From assembly GCA_012295275.1 (NCBI GenBank), contig CM022675.1, positions 1,116,001 through 1,180,000 on the forward strand: DNA of 64,000 bases, given 5' to 3'. This document shows, piece by piece, positions 45,944 through 62,040 of the stretch (its first letter is position 1; each line of letters begins with the position of its first letter). Made by a program: the position numbers and the translations under genes. The notes under the pieces were generated by a model. It was given only the letters and a program-made list of their open reading frames with translations, searched no databases and was not told the DNA's origin. This DNA is from Chrysomallon squamiferum (lineage: Eukaryota; Animalia; Mollusca).

Positions 45944-47853
45944 GTCTGTCCGTCTGTCTCTCTGTATGTTTGTGTATCAATTTGTATGTGTATGGGTGTA
46001 TATGTATTTTGTGTATGTGCATGTCTGTGTTTGTGTGTGTGTGTGTCTGTTTGTGTGTGTGTGTGTCTGTGTGTCTCTGTGTGTGTGTGTGTGTATGTAA
46101 ATGTGTGAGAATGTTTTGTTTTGGATTGCCTGTCCATTCCAGATTACCTTCTGTTGTTGGTCTTTATAACTTCTGTCAGTTTTATTTTATTTTATTATAT
46201 TTTATTTTTTATTTATTTATTTTTATATTTATTTATTCTATTTATTTATTTATTTAGTTATTTTTGTATTTATTTATTTATTAAATATTTATTTAGTTAT
46301 TTTTATAATTGTTTACTAAAATATTTATTTATTTACTTACTTATTTATTTATTTACATTGTATCAGTACAAAATAATAAACCTGTGATGTATGATGCGTT
46401 TATAAACTGCGCTGAGATGGACATCGAGATTGCCAAGATGTTGATAAAAAACCTGGAAGAAAGTCCTCACTGCTTTCAGCTGTTTCTGCCTCAGCGCCAA
46501 CTTCTCCCTGGCCACTCAATACTAGACACTTTGTCCAGAATCATAGAACAAAGGTATGTCTGTCTGTCTGTCTGTTTGTCTGCAGTCAAAATCATTTCAG
46601 TTACTGTCAACAGCATCATCATTAACAGTCACAAAAACAAGCAGTTACAATAAAAAAAACTGTATGCAATATTACTTCTACTACTACCACTACAATTACT
46701 ATCACTACAGCTACTACACCCATTACTAGTAGAACTACTGCTACTACTACTATAATTACAATCATACAGCTACTATAACTACTATTAGCATAGCTACTGC
46801 TACTGGTGTTACTACTACTATGTGAACAACTATTACTATATTTTGTGGCTATTATAGTACTATGTCTAGAACAGTTACTGCTACAGTGCTACTGTTACAG
46901 CTACTACTACTGCTGTTAAATAGTTTGTTCTTTACTGTGTTTATAAATGAGTCATGTTTACAGGTGTAAAGGAAAGGTGATAATTGTTCTAACAGAAAAT
47001 TATCAACAGTCTGAAGCTTGTGAATATCTGACTGGGTTTGCTAAAACACTGGATCCAAGTAAGTAGAACACACTCACTCACACAGAAACAGACACACACA
47101 TACACAGACACACACAGAAACACACACACCTTCACACATGCACATGCACACATGCACACACACACTGAAAACACACACACAGAAACACACATATACATAC
47201 TCACATACATACATCTACAAACACATACATATATATATACATGCAGATGTAAACACATCTATGAACACACACAGACACACCTGAAGAAACACACACAGAG
47301 AAGCAGATACACACTCACACATACATTGATGTGTATATTTAGACCAGCAGACATATCTACATATAGACATTCCTACATAACACACCCTCAAAATCATTTA
47401 CTGACATATACAAACACATGTAAATACACATACAAACACATGTAAATACACATACAGATATACACACAGACACACAGATGCACCCCAATCTACCTATATA
47501 AATGTATCTACACATTCAGTGACACACATACACACATGCACACACTTTCCACATACAGAGATAAATACACACCAGAAGATAAATGAAGACATGTGTATAC
47601 ATAAATGCACACACACACACACATATGACATACTGCTTTCCATAAATATATAATATTCGTCACACCTGTAAAATTTAATTTTTAATTCTTTTGTTTAGAT
47701 GCAAAGTTAAAACAGCTCATACCAGTGATAATGAGTGACAGTGACATTGAGATACCAAGAATTATTTCTGGGATTCACAAAATAAATTACAAGAGAGACA
47801 TCAAACGAGGCTGGTTCTGGAAAAAACTGGCAGAAAGCATAAGACAAACTTGA
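45613..47853 (+). CDS. TIR-only MyD88-like protein lacking the death domain (153 aa)
   Basis: Exons 45570(ATG 45613)-45637, 46367-46553, 46964-47058, 47699-47853 (TGA); 462 nt open. Protein: MEFFTVDDVQNNKPVMYDAFINCAEMDIEIAKMLIKNLEESPHCFQLFLPQRQLLPGHSILDTLSRIIEQRCKGKVIIVLTENYQQSEACEYLTGFAKTLDPNAKLKQLIPVIMSDSDIEIPRIISGIHKINYKRDIKRGWFWKKLAESIRQT. Intron positions and phases (1,2,1) are identical to the neighbouring MyD88. Confidence 0.88.
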
Positions 47854-48201
47854 CAGAAAGGGGAAAAAAAATGAAATTATAAAGAAATTCCCATTCCAAA
47901 CAGGTCTCTACAGTTTGGAGAAACAGATACATGAAAAAATGTTTGGTTATCTTGTTCAGACTGGTTCTGATGCAAAACTGGCTGAAACATCAAGCCGTGA
48001 TGATGATGATCAGTAGTCCTTTGCCCAATCCTGCCAGTGCCTCTGCATACATTTTTGTGTCTGTGATAAGCAGCATTTACTAATGAAGAGAGTGTTCAAG
48101 TTTTCAATTTTGTAATCACAAATCAGATTGGTAAATTTATACACTACAATTTTATACTAACATAAATAATGTTATCAAAATCTGTGTCATGTTTTTAATT
48201 T

Positions 48202-48254
<53 letters not shown>

Positions 48255-48814
48255 GTCTGTTATGTAATACAAGTGTATAAAAATATGAGGAATTATCAGG
48301 GAGAAATAATAGTGACTTGAGTGTTAAGAACATATTAAGAGAAATAACTCCAGCAGCCTTAACGTCATTTATATTATAGATTTGTCTCCCTTGAACATGA
48401 AACGCTTGCTGTCGTGTCCATCTATAAAAGTTAGACCATTTCAGTCGATCTTGAAGAAAATTTTCGAATAGCAAAATTAATTCTAAACGTCTCTTCAAAA
48501 TAATTTCATACTTGTTAATATATTTGTGAATATGCAGACGTTGACACGTATACACACAAACACACATGCACACACACAAACACACACACACATACAGAAG
48601 TACGTTAGCAAAGATTCATTAAGCACGTTTAGAAATACCGTCACATGCTGGAAGTGATGATGATTATGATGATGATAATCATAATAATAATAATCATGAT
48701 GACGACAACAAAAAAAAATATATTTGTATATAATAAATCAAAAATGTATAATAATATCGTAAACAATAATAATGATATAAAATTTAATAATGAATATTAA
48801 TAAAACAGTGACAG

Positions 48815-48855
<41 letters not shown>

Positions 48856-49537
48856 ATAATAATAATAATAATAATGATAATAATAATAATAATAATTGCA
48901 ATAACAACAGCAGTAATAAAAAAACAACTACGAGAAAAATACTAATAAATAAATAAATAAATTATAAAAAAGCCCCCACCAAAAAAAAAAAAAAAAAAAA
49001 AAAAACGAACAATAAAAACATAGAAAGAAAGAAAGAAAGAAAAAAAAAAAAAAAAACAACCGCAAGTGACAGATCCATTTAAGTGTCGATCTACTGGAAA
49101 CTGCGCGCCTCTATCAAATTAACAGTAATGAATCTTCGTTATCAAGCGGCTGTAATTTGCCGTAATCAGAACAGCAGTATGATCGGATCCTTGGTAATGA
49201 ACTGGGGTCGTTATTAACAATAAAATGGCGATTCGGGTCGTTGTCGGTAATAGGTAGTTTCAACACACAATCGTTAATTTTTTTAATTATTTTTTTTTTT
49301 TAATTTGTTATTTCTAGATTTGGATTTGCAGGATTAAGGGTTGAGTAATTGATTGAAAAGCTGTCTTCATTTGTTGTTATTATTCGTGTTATTATTATTA
49401 TTATTATTATAATTGTTGTTGTTGCTGTGACTTGTTATTACTGTTGTTGTTCTCGTTATTGTTGTATTTTTTATTGTCGTTGTTTTTAATGTCAGCAATA
49501 ATAAAGATAATACTTGTGGTAGTTTTAGAACACCCTC

Positions 49538-49588
<51 letters not shown>

Positions 49589-50706
49589 TATTTTTCATTT
49601 ATTTATCATCACCATCGTGATCATAATCTTCATGATCATCATCATTATTATTGTTGTTGTTGGTGTTGTTTCGTGCATTTCTCCTTCTTGTTATTGATAG
49701 TCGCAGTAGTAATAATTGCCGATGTAGTCGCAGAAGTAGTAGTTTATTTTTATTGTTGTTGTTGTTAAGCAATTGGCGCACCAAGCAAGGAGGGATTAAC
49801 AAATCGGGTTATAAATAAGAAAAACAAAAACATAATGGCTTCCGCCGGTTTTCGTTTCGCTCAATAGTCGAGTTAAAACTTGCAATTACTGGACTGACTT
49901 TGACGAACAACAGCTTTAAATTTCACGCAGTCGAATATTGCGTTAGGAGACACGAGTGTTCGAGGTCAGTTCGGGCAAACTCGTTATGACTTCGTTGCGA
50001 GTCGTCAATTATCGGGACATCAAAGCGCGATTAAGCGCGCGCACGGTGGCTTGCACCAGAAAGGGCGGGCGGCGTGAAAGTGGCGACTGGGGGGAGAAAC
50101 GTGCCACTCGCTTTGACAGTTTGCTGAACAAATCGTGAAGGCAATAAAGCCTTTTTAATTGAGCAAAATAGTTTATTTTCAGGCTCACTTACAAATTTTT
50201 TATTTCTACTTTTCTTTTTATATTTTTTATTCTTCGCTCATATTTCTTTTTTCTTTTCTCCCCTTTCTTGCTCTTTTTTCTAAGCAGACGGATTGTCATT
50301 TTCGATCACTTGTCAAAAGACTGCACGTTTCGGCTTTCACTCTTCAAGCGAAGTTTTAAAATGGCGCCTGTTTGGGCGATGCCACGTAAGTGACCCGCCC
50401 CGCGGTCACTCCCACTTTTTTTTTAGTGTCACGGGGAACGGAGCAATTTGAGTAAACTGGTAAACAGTGACTGTTTACACGGAGCCGTATCACTAAATAG
50501 CGAACCAACACACTAATAGTCGCTGTAATTTATCCAAGTGTTCCATTTTTTTTTTTTTTTTTCGTTAACCCTTTCTTCTTTCTTTTTCTTTTTCTTATCA
50601 TATTCCCTTTTATTTTGCCTATTTTCTTTTATCTTTTCACTATTTTTTTCTTTTTTTCCCTTTTTTTTCCCTCTTATTATCAAAATTTGATTTTCAATTT
50701 TTTGGG

Positions 50707-50754
<48 letters not shown>

Positions 50755-52030
50755 CGTAATCATAAAGAGTAACTATAGGAATACTGATACTGTTTATAAT
50801 TCTAACAAAAAAAAAAAAACGATTATGACGTCACTGATAATAAACAGAAATAGCAACATATTAAAATAAATATTAACAAAATAAATCAATCAATTAATCA
50901 TTAAAAAGAAAGGTACTAGTAACAGTTAATAATCAGATATGTTAAAAATATTATCAATTAGCTATTGATTTATCTGTTAATTGATTATTTCACTGATTGA
51001 TTTTGTTCAACAGTAAATTACTTCAGAAGACTGCATGCAAAGAACGGTGTGGTAGAATTTCCGTTTTCCTCAAGGAAACAGAATTACGTGCACAGAAACG
51101 ACAAGCACATGAAATCAGGATGTCGTAGAAATTTACTAAAAACATTTCAAACACTCGTCGGTCTTTGTTACACTCGGCTGTAACAGAAACACCAAACACA
51201 GTTTGACAATTACTGCCTTTTTTGTTAATCTTTTTCATCTTGGTTAAATGTATACAAATGTTTAAATCTATTTACATTCTGCAGTGGTTTTAGAGCAGCC
51301 GTCTAAACAAAGTCCTCTTTTCTGTAGTATATATATATATATATTTTTTTTTTTTTGCAAAAGTTACGCGATTCAAAAATATAAAATTAAATGTTTGTCT
51401 TCAGAAAGTTTCTTACCTTTGTAATTAGAAAGTATTCCCAACCTTTTTCTTAACACAAGACTGCAAGCCGGTTAAGTGACGTCATTCGATTGTTGACGTA
51501 TATATTATGCACTATAAAGCCGAAGATTTGGGGAAACAGACGAAGTAAAAAGATGATGAGTATAAAAGTACAATATCGCAAAGATCTACATTTAGAATTT
51601 ATTTTCAGATATTTCAAAATATAAATACAGACAAATAATTAGAAATGTATTTATATATTTATTTATTTTTATTTTTATTTTTTTTTTTTTTTTGTATGGT
51701 TTTATTGTTGGCTTTATTTAGTTAATAAGTTTTATTAGTACAAGTAACTTTTTTGTATGGTTTTATTATTAGCACAAGTATTAATAGTATTAGTAGTAGT
51801 AATAAGTGTAGTAGCTGTAGTAGTAGTAGTAGCTGTAGTGATAGTAAGTGTAGTAGTAGTAGCGGTAGTAATAATTTATTTTTTTAAACAAATTTATTTC
51901 GATAATTTAGTAGGAATTTATTTCCAAAGAAGCGATTCTAAGAAATATTAATGTTGATTTATATATTTATCTATATCTGTATCTGTCCGAAAAATACTGG
52001 ACAAATGAACCCCTGGGTTTAAACTGATTC

Positions 52031-52121
<91 letters not shown>

Positions 52122-54507
52122 AACGACCAGACAGAACGAGAACAACTACTACTAATAGTAATAATAATATAATATAATGTAATGTAATGTAACGTAATGT
52201 AACGTAATGTAATATAATATAATAAAATGTAATATAATAAAATGTAGCAGTGTATAATAAATATTAAGTAATAATAAAAGAAACATTATACTGAATCACA
52301 CTTAGATTTTAGAATTTCTCTTAAGAATGATTTATTACTATTTTAAAAAAAACAAAATAATAATATTATAATAATATTATATATATATATACATACATAC
52401 ATATATATATATACATATATACATACATATATTATAAAAATGTAATATAAGAAAACGTCTGGAAGTAACACTATTAACGTATTTAAATTAAACATCCATC
52501 ACATTTGGCAAATATTGTTCACAAATACGACGAAACGGCTGTTTAAACTTTAATAGCCTGTAACCACCCTGCACACAGGTAATTCTCTCTTTTACCACGA
52601 CATAAAGAAAGCCCAACAAGAGCGGCTGGAAACACGTGCTTAAGAGAGATCTAGGATTAACTTAAATTAATCAGTTATTGGACACCCGCTCATTTTCCCA
52701 TTGTTACTGGAGTCGTTTACTTATTTTATGTGAACATAATCGTATGTAGAAGATGTCAGAACGTAGTCGTTTGATTTTTTTAAATACACCGTTTGCACCT
52801 AAAACTCGCCGCCTGCACGCACCATTAACGGTCAATGCGATAGCGCGCCACACAGAACGCGCGTTTTACCGCCAAAAATCCCGCGCTGTGAAATAAACAA
52901 GATGCGCGTATCTATGAAATTGATTCGCCCGAGGAGGGGAAGCGATATGTCAGCCATTTTGCATTTAATTCATTTTTATCTGCACATTATGTCAGATTCG
53001 AACCATCGAGCACGGAATTTACGCTCATAGCTTATTGCAACAAAAAATAAAATAAATAATAAAAATAAAAATAAAAAATAAATTAAAACCTGCTAAACGT
53101 TTATATTTCTATATAATTTATATTTGGTTAAAGCTGATTTCTTTGTAAGTAACGTTTATGAATCGATCGATGAACAGTTACTGGCTAGAGTCGCTTTTTT
53201 ATTTTTATTATTATTATTATTATTATTGTTGTTGTTGTTGTTGTCATTGTTGTCATTGTTGTTGTTATATTATTATTATTAGCAGTAGTAGTAGTGGTAG
53301 CTGTTGCAAAAGTAAGAAAGAGATATATAAAAATAAAGAAATAAAAGTCGTGTAGTGTGTGCATTTGTGTGTGCGTGCGTGCGTGCGTGTGTGTGTGTGT
53401 GTTAAATTTTTGGAAATCCTAAAGCCGGTTTCTTTTCACCGTATCGACTATGGGAGGGTTAAAAAAAACGTATTATAAAACATCTTAAAATGAAAAGGAG
53501 AAATGTTTATAAACTCTCCGACGATTCTTCTCGTTTTTTCTTCTTTTATTTGCTGTTTCATTCACAAAACCTCTTTCAGTTTGCGTTGCTGTTGAAGTAT
53601 ACAATGACGCCGATGTGCACCGCAAAAGTTTTAAAACTCTGTTATAGTAAGAGAAACATTCCATCTTTCATCTTTGCAACTTCTGAAGATTGTCGGACCT
53701 GAAATCAACAGCCGCCGGCAGAGGGCGTGCTCAAGGACGGAATAACAAAATGGCTAGCAATAGCTTTTTCAGGGCCCTAAATGGTTCACTAATAATTATA
53801 ACTGATCTGATGAAGAGCGCAACGATAAGAGAAGAAGAAAGCACAACAACGGCAACCTCGGCATCTACAGCAACGACAACAAAACAACAATAGTAGTAGT
53901 AGTAGTAGTAGTAGTAGTACTAATAGTAGTTGATATAATAATAGTATTAGTGGTAGTAATAGTAGTTGTTATAGTAATAGTAGTAGTAATAGTAGTAAAC
54001 GGAAGAAGAAATATATAATAAAATAAATAAAAATAAATAAATAAAAATAAAAGATAAAAATAATAAACAAAATAAAATAAAAAAATAGTAGTAGTAGCAT
54101 TAGTAGTTTAAAAATATTGCATTTTTGTAATAAAATTTTACATCCCTATTAGGGCCTCAACAGAAGCAGACGACTGTTGTACTATCACTTCTGAAGTGAT
54201 TGTCGAGCGGCGCGAAATCTGTCGCAGACGTACTATTCTCCCTCCCCCATCCCGCAGAACCCCGCGGCGACTAATAATTGAGTGTTATTGTGTCCTTTTG
54301 TTCACGAATAAAGTTGTGTTGAAAACTTTAGGGTTTTCTTTTTCTTCATAAAGTTCTCAGTCAATGAAAAAAATATAAAAAAGAAATTGAGATTATTTCA
54401 GCGCGCTCAAAAAGGTACATCGTTTACAAACAAGGATCTGAGGACGTAGAAGTCGTCACGAATTATAATTTTATTTGCCTCCATCTTTAGTAGCCGGTTT
54501 TATTAAA

Positions 54508-54538
<31 letters not shown>

Positions 54539-54616
54539 CAAACATAATGGTGAGCGAACGTTTGGTTGTATGGTTAGACCGGCAGAAAAAAGATGAAGCG
54601 ATTATTTCTGTTTGAC

Positions 54617-54704
<88 letters not shown>

Positions 54705-55386
54705 TTATCATTTCTTTTGTGACTGGCAGTAATTAAATAAACATACACACATGTATATATATATGTGTATATATATATATATATATATTAGTGTATGCGT
54801 GTCTGTGTAGACGTGCGTGTGTGTGTGTGTGATTGATTTTGCGCGTGTGTAACATGATACACAACTAATTTAACACATCACTGAACAACAACAACACACG
54901 ACGGCACACAAAACAGCTTTGTCACTGAGTGTGCGACACTGAAGATTTCTTTAATATCGTTTTAAAAACAAACCACAGTTTTTATCAGCTGAGAAGGAAG
55001 CGTAGCCGGTGTTGATGTAAGTAGAGAAATTTAATAGCATCAACGCAGCGATCCAGCAAGCGAGGCTAAACGTGAGAAAAGGGTGTGTAGGGGTTAATTG
55101 GAGAAGCTCCGATCCTTTGATCTCTCGTTCCCAAAACTTGTCTAAACAATCGGCGATCATTTGAACGCTATCTGATCACAGGGGAGGTAACTCTATCTGT
55201 TTGCACGGTAGCTCTTCACAGAGGAGAGCAATAAAGGAGAAGATTACCGCAGTGTCTGTCGTTCGGTAACTCTCTAGTGCCGTGAGGTAGAAATCTGTTT
55301 TCTCAGTGGAGATTAGATCGTGCAAAAGACGTCAGCGTTGACAAAAGTCATGAATTGTACAGTGTTAAATAACAAAACTGTTGTTA

Positions 55387-55488
<102 letters not shown>

Positions 55489-55641
55489 AATCTCTCTGTC
55501 TTTATTTCTACATACATACATATATGTATACACACATATACATATACACGTACATACATGTATATATATACATATATATCTATACATATATATATATAGA
55601 TATATACATAAATATACACAAACACACATACATAAACACAC

Positions 55642-55742
<101 letters not shown>

Positions 55743-55897
55743 TGTGTTTGAGTGAGATGTGTGTGTGTCTGTGTAAAATTATATATTTTAAAACTTTACA
55801 TTTACCACAAAACAGTAATGTTTGTAATGAGAAATAAGGCAGCAGGTTATAGATTCAAAATACAGATTATTATTATTATTATTATTATTATTATTTA

Positions 55898-55946
<49 letters not shown>

Positions 55947-57053
55947 TATGTGAAGATGTCGTTATTATGTCAACAAAAATATAGTCTTTACTACTACTAC
56001 TGCTACTACTATATTATAGTAAAATAAACAAAACAAAACAATAAATAAATGAATCAGTAAAAAAAAAAATCAACAGAGAAGTAATAATATATATGAAAGT
56101 GGAACGACAGATAAAGAGGTGTGTATATATATACACACACACACATATATTGCATTTAACACAAATAGAAATGAATTCACACCTCATGTCATTCACCAAA
56201 TCTCTTTGTTGATAAATTAAGTGTTTTTTTTTTGTTTTGTGGTTTTTTTTAAATAGATGTAATGTGTTTTGTTTAGTTTGTTCATAAACGTGGTTCTAAG
56301 TTTTACTTTCATCGCGTGCTTTGTTCTTTTAACGCATTTGTTGTAACGATGACAAACTACCTTTAATCTCACTCTTGTGTGCTGCCCACTTAAATCTCAA
56401 TTTTTCATGCGCGCACCCGCTCAGTGACACGTCGCAGAGTTACGCCGAGTGACTCTCTTTAACTTGCATCAGCGTCCCGCGTGGATTTTGCTTCAGGCGT
56501 CAGCTTCTGGACAATGCCCCCTCACCCCCCAGCTAGGCCATTTCAGCTGACCAGCGGTAATTACTGGTCAGGATTATCCTAATACGTTGTCCATTGAAGT
56601 AACATGACCGTGGACATAAATCCATTAGTGGTAGCAATCTTTGAGCGATTTCGGCTGACCGCCATTAACGTGTGACGTAACAGATTTATATATAACGAGC
56701 GACGTCATTGGTCGACTTACGTAACGTAAGCGAAATTAGGTGACGGTCGGTAAATGATGTGGATGATTTACAACCAGCGTCCACTGCTTGTCATGTTAAT
56801 CAGATGTTGGTGGATAAATAAATTAATTTACGTCACTCGCTAGAGGGCGGGATTTTGGTGTATAAAAGAGATTTTTATATATATATACAGTTAATTATAG
56901 TTATCCTCCAGTCTTTACTAACTTAATCAATTTAAAGTTTTTGAAATGCAGAACTGAGTTGTAAATCTTAATTAAGTGTCACATATAGGTAACATTTAAC
57001 TTTAGTACAATGATTAACTACTTTAAAATACAGCGTAATTATCTTAACACCCA

Positions 57054-57159
<106 letters not shown>

Positions 57160-57321
57160 ACACACACACAAACAGACAGACGCACACACTAGAACTCGAT
57201 GACGCTATACATTTATGAACGAATATTGTTGTCGTAAGTACGTCTGATTATACTCCAAATAATGTGTATATCTGTCTGTTATATATAAATTTGAGAGTAT
57301 GACTATGTATATAAACATATA

Positions 57322-57365
<44 letters not shown>

Positions 57366-57396
57366 GTATTTAGAACTGAATGTTTGCCGGTCTTAT

Positions 57397-57480
57397 GTAC
57401 GTCTGAATAGACTTTGCACGCAGACAGTATTCGGGAATATACTCACAAACCCCGTCAGATGTCGCTGACGAGACTCGAAC
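57397..57480 (-). mobile_element. Remnant of a probable tRNA-derived SINE
   Basis: Shares GTACGTCTGAATAGACT...CAGACA.TATTCGGGAA...CTCACAAACCC(C)GTCAGATGTC with 8309-8407. Its minus-strand 5' end reads GTTCGAGTCTCG (pol III B-box-like), which also occurs at 62465-62476. Confidence 0.5.
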
Positions 57481-58709
57481 GTATGGCATTTATTTATGTA
57501 TCTATGTTTGTAATCTACGCGTATGTATGTGAGTTTTTGTGAATGTATGTATTTATGGACGTGCTTTGTACGTGCCTTTGTGTGTATTCTTCTCTTTCAA
57601 TCTGTGTGCACGTCTGTCTGTCTGTCTGTCTCTCTCTCTCTGTCTGTCTGTCTCTCTCTCGATATATATCTCTGTATGTGTGTCATTTAGTTATTTTACC
57701 TTTTTTTTATCTTGTTGTAGCTACAAATGTATTCTTCAAAGTAATAATTCAGATCTGTTTTCTCTATCACATCTCCTGTCAAATATCTTCCACGACGTCT
57801 GCTCATCAAGATCAAACGATCGATACCTCGATCATTTTAGTGAAAGAACAATATCTCTAATTTGATTTATCTACTACATCATCCCCGGCTGCGACGTCAT
57901 TTGATATTTAATTTGAAAGCAACACAACGACGTCTACTCATTTCGGAGTCGATTTCACGGTCGGCTATCCAAGTCATTAACGAGCAATTAGCGAGATTTC
58001 GCCTCACGTCGAGTTGTTCCAGTGTGGATCCATATGGACGGTCTCTGGGGGCTGGATCATGTGACACGATGTTCATTTCCGTCTCGTGCGAGGCCCGCGG
58101 AATTCCACGTGCTGCCGTCGAGTTAGCAGCGCTCGCCGGAAATTGATGTCAGGTTGTCCTCGGTGATCTAACCCGCTGTATGTAGGTTTTCATTATCGAG
58201 GATGAATCATGAAGAAAAAAAAAAAAAAAAAAAAAAAAAAGGGAAAAGATAACTCTTAATAGACCCGCATGCAGTTACTGCGGAATTAGCAAATTGACAG
58301 TTCTTGACTCCGCCCCATTTCTTTGATGATTGAAAGGTTTTTTTTTTAATGCATAATGGTCTCAGTGTCCTTATTAGTTTTTTCTGTAATTTTTCTTTCG
58401 CTTTTTTCCTTTCTTCTTTTATTCCTTCTTACGTTTTTTTTTTTTTTTTATATTTCTTTCATTCATTTTTTGTTTTGTTTGTTTGTTTCTTTGATAATGT
58501 TTGTTTGTTTCTTTGATAATGTTTGTTTTTGTTTTTGCTTTTCTTCCTTTTCCTGTTTTTCATCTTCAGTCGGATTATTGCTCAAATTATCCTGTGATGG
58601 ATCGTAAGAACAATTCAGATCCAGGCGCCCTGGTTTTTCTATTTATAGGTGTCACGTGTCAGGCATGTGACCATATTTACGTACATATATACCTGTGCGT
58701 ATAATTATA

Positions 58710-58821
<112 letters not shown>

Positions 58822-59551
58822 TTTTTGCAAGGTTTAAGTTATCTTGTTACAGGTCATAATTTATAATAACATTAAATATGCACTTTAACATGAGTATCAA
58901 AAATACGTCTGACACGTGACACGTCACGATTATCAGTCGTACGAATCACGTGCAGGTCCCTTCCTCTTCGAGAGGTCTCGATTAGCACAGATGTCAGGCG
59001 ATCGCGATAATTTAGAGTAATCTGTCCTTTGATGTCCGAGCTTTGCCGATTAGCTGACACGGAAATCTACGAAAATCTCCACTAAAGCGATCATGGTGTA
59101 AGCGATGTTTTGTGTGAAGTGCGGGTGAATGAGCTTAATTTTAATTACAGCTGCAGAGAGAGAAAATAATCACAAAGTTCTTGTCTGATGAGGCGTTTTG
59201 AAAATTTAATGGAAAATCCGGAAATCGTTTTAACTCGGAATTCGGGCATTTTTATTTCTTTCTTCCTGTTTCGTTCTTTGTTTTATTTTCCTTTGAATAA
59301 AAATTAAAAGATGAAGAAATTACATTTATCTTTGGTCAGCTTCTCGAATTACTTTTCAAGTTAGAAAAAAAAAAAAAAAAAAATAAATAAATAAAATTAT
59401 TTATTTATTTGACAGAAACAACAACACTAACACACACACACACAAACACATACACACACAGATACATTCATGTTATTAATTTATTACCTGCACTGAACGA
59501 CAGGCAAAGTTTATATAACACGGACACCAGTGATTATCAAGGTAACACCAA

Positions 59552-59603
<52 letters not shown>

Positions 59604-60190
59604 TAAAATTAATTCCCAGACATTAATTTTGTCCTGTATGGTCATTATTGCACGGTCATCATCAATCGTTTGTTAACAGATGATTGTTAGTGAATGATGA
59701 TGATAAGCTTGTGTTAGATGATATTTAGAAGATGAGATTTTGAAGATGATATTTTAAAGATATTTTTAAGATGAAGTTTATATGATGGTATTTATAAGAT
59801 AATGTTTAGAATATATTTTTTTATTTAGTGATGGTTACTTTTTAAGGAAGGTTTCTGTTTATATTAAGTAAAATTCCTTCAGATATATTTTTGTTTATCC
59901 GAATAAGTAACGAAAGCCTAATAATAAAAAAAAAAAACTGAATTTTTTTGAAGTTTTGAAATATTTTGTTCACCCTCCCGTCCTCCGCATCCGTTTTCCC
60001 CCATACCCACGACTTTCCTCCACACTTCCAGTCACCTGTCATACCTCCACCTACACTTCAACACCCCCCACATCTTCGAATACTCCCCATCCTCCAAACC
60101 TCCTCCTCCTCTCATCGTTTATTTAAATGTCGCAAATTTTTAACCATCGATTTCTCCCTCCCGAAAAATACTTCCCTCTTTTTCTTTGCT

Positions 60191-60280
<90 letters not shown>

Positions 60281-61059
60281 TGTAGTCAAGTAATTAATAT
60301 TGCACACTGAACGTTGCCGCGCTCTGTCGACTCAGAATAACAAAACAAAACTAACAAAGTGGGTGAGCGAGGAGTTAAAACTTTAACACAGCGAGCAGAG
60401 AAAACACGACTCCGCCGAGCCGAGCTTTGACGGAAAACAATGAGACGAACATTTGCCATTTAAACTGCCTGCCTTTCTCCACGACGTCGTGGCAGTGGTC
60501 GTGTTTGTTGAAATGTTTGTGTAAGGACGACACCAGCTTTTGTTGAGCCGCGGAGAAGCGAGGTCCGCTGTTGAAAGAGTTGATCGTTTCGAGAGAGTTT
60601 TCCTATAATTGTCTACGAGGATTGCCGATCAATTGGAGTTAAGCTTCCTCTGGGCATGTTTGTGACACGTGTAATGAAGTTTTTGTGCTCGTCACTGCGA
60701 CAATATTTTCAGTGTTGTAATGTCGTTGTCCTTCTTTTTGAAACAACGCCAAAGGGAAGATATAAAAACATTAAAAAAAATTTTTTGAAAAAGATCTTTG
60801 GTGATCCTTATCTTTGATGTTGGTAAGCTGGTATGGATCTCTCTGCTGTTTCTGGTGAAATTAAAAGAAAGAAAAAAGAAGTATGAAAAATGAAAGAAAG
60901 AAAATGGAAAGAGAGAGAGAGAGAAAGGAAAAGAAAGAACAAATAGAATGTAATTACATAACAATACTACGTTGGTCCTTTGTTTTTTCTTTTCTTTTAT
61001 TTTCTTTACTGAGAAATCGTCTTTGTACGGTTTATACTTTTATATATTTACTTTTAAGT

Positions 61060-61107
<48 letters not shown>

Positions 61108-61976
61108 GTAATAATAATAGTAATAGTAATGATAATATAATAATGATAGTAGTCATAATAATAATAGTAATAGTAATAATATATAATAATAGTAATACTA
61201 GTAATAATATATAATAATAGTAATACTAATAATATTATAATAATAATAACAATAATAATAGTAATAATAATAATAGCAGTAATAATAATAGTAATAACAA
61301 TAATAGTAATAGTAACAATAATAAAATAATAGTAGTAATAATAATGAATGTAATTATAATAATGACAATAACAACAATTAGAACAAAAACAGTAATAATA
61401 ATAATAATAATAATAACAATAATAATAGCAATAATAATAATAATAACAAAAGTAATAAGTAGTGATCACGTGACTGACAACGTGTGGTGTACAGGTGATA
61501 TGAAATGTATAAATGTTTATTTCATTTTAATTACGTGTCAGTTTGTCAGACGTCATGCAGGTATTTCTAACACGTCGAGACTGTTTTATTTTATGATGAT
61601 ATTTATTACAAACTTCCTGTAACCAACATCGTTTTAAAGATGTGATTTTGAAGAAAAAAAAAAAAAAAAAAAAAAAGAAAGAAAGAAAAAAACGAACAAT
61701 AACCATAACCATAATAATAAAATGTGAAATAAGATTTTTTTTCCCTGCATCGTTGACTTTTTGTTAAAAAAAGAAATTACTGATGCGGAAAATTAATTTT
61801 TTTGCTGCACTACGAAGTAAGAAATGATACGCTCCACTAGCATAGATAGATAGATAGATAGATAGATATACAGAAATCAGAGGGTAACACACGTAGATAT
61901 GTATGTGCTTATGTATTTGTCTGTCTCTACATACAGATAAACAAGACAGACACATGTAAATAAGTAATACGAAAAG

Positions 61977-62040
<64 letters not shown>

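Noticed and set aside
46964-47058. TIR-only protein as a SARM1/plant-type NADase
   Set aside because: The position matching the catalytic Glu (S-x-x-C-x-x-E) is Leu in SEACEYL and Gln in MyD88's SPACDFQ, and the exon structure is MyD88-type. This rests on a manual alignment only.
55283-55292. let-7-like TGAGGTAG
   Set aside because: Seed match only; the rest of the mature sequence and a hairpin are absent.
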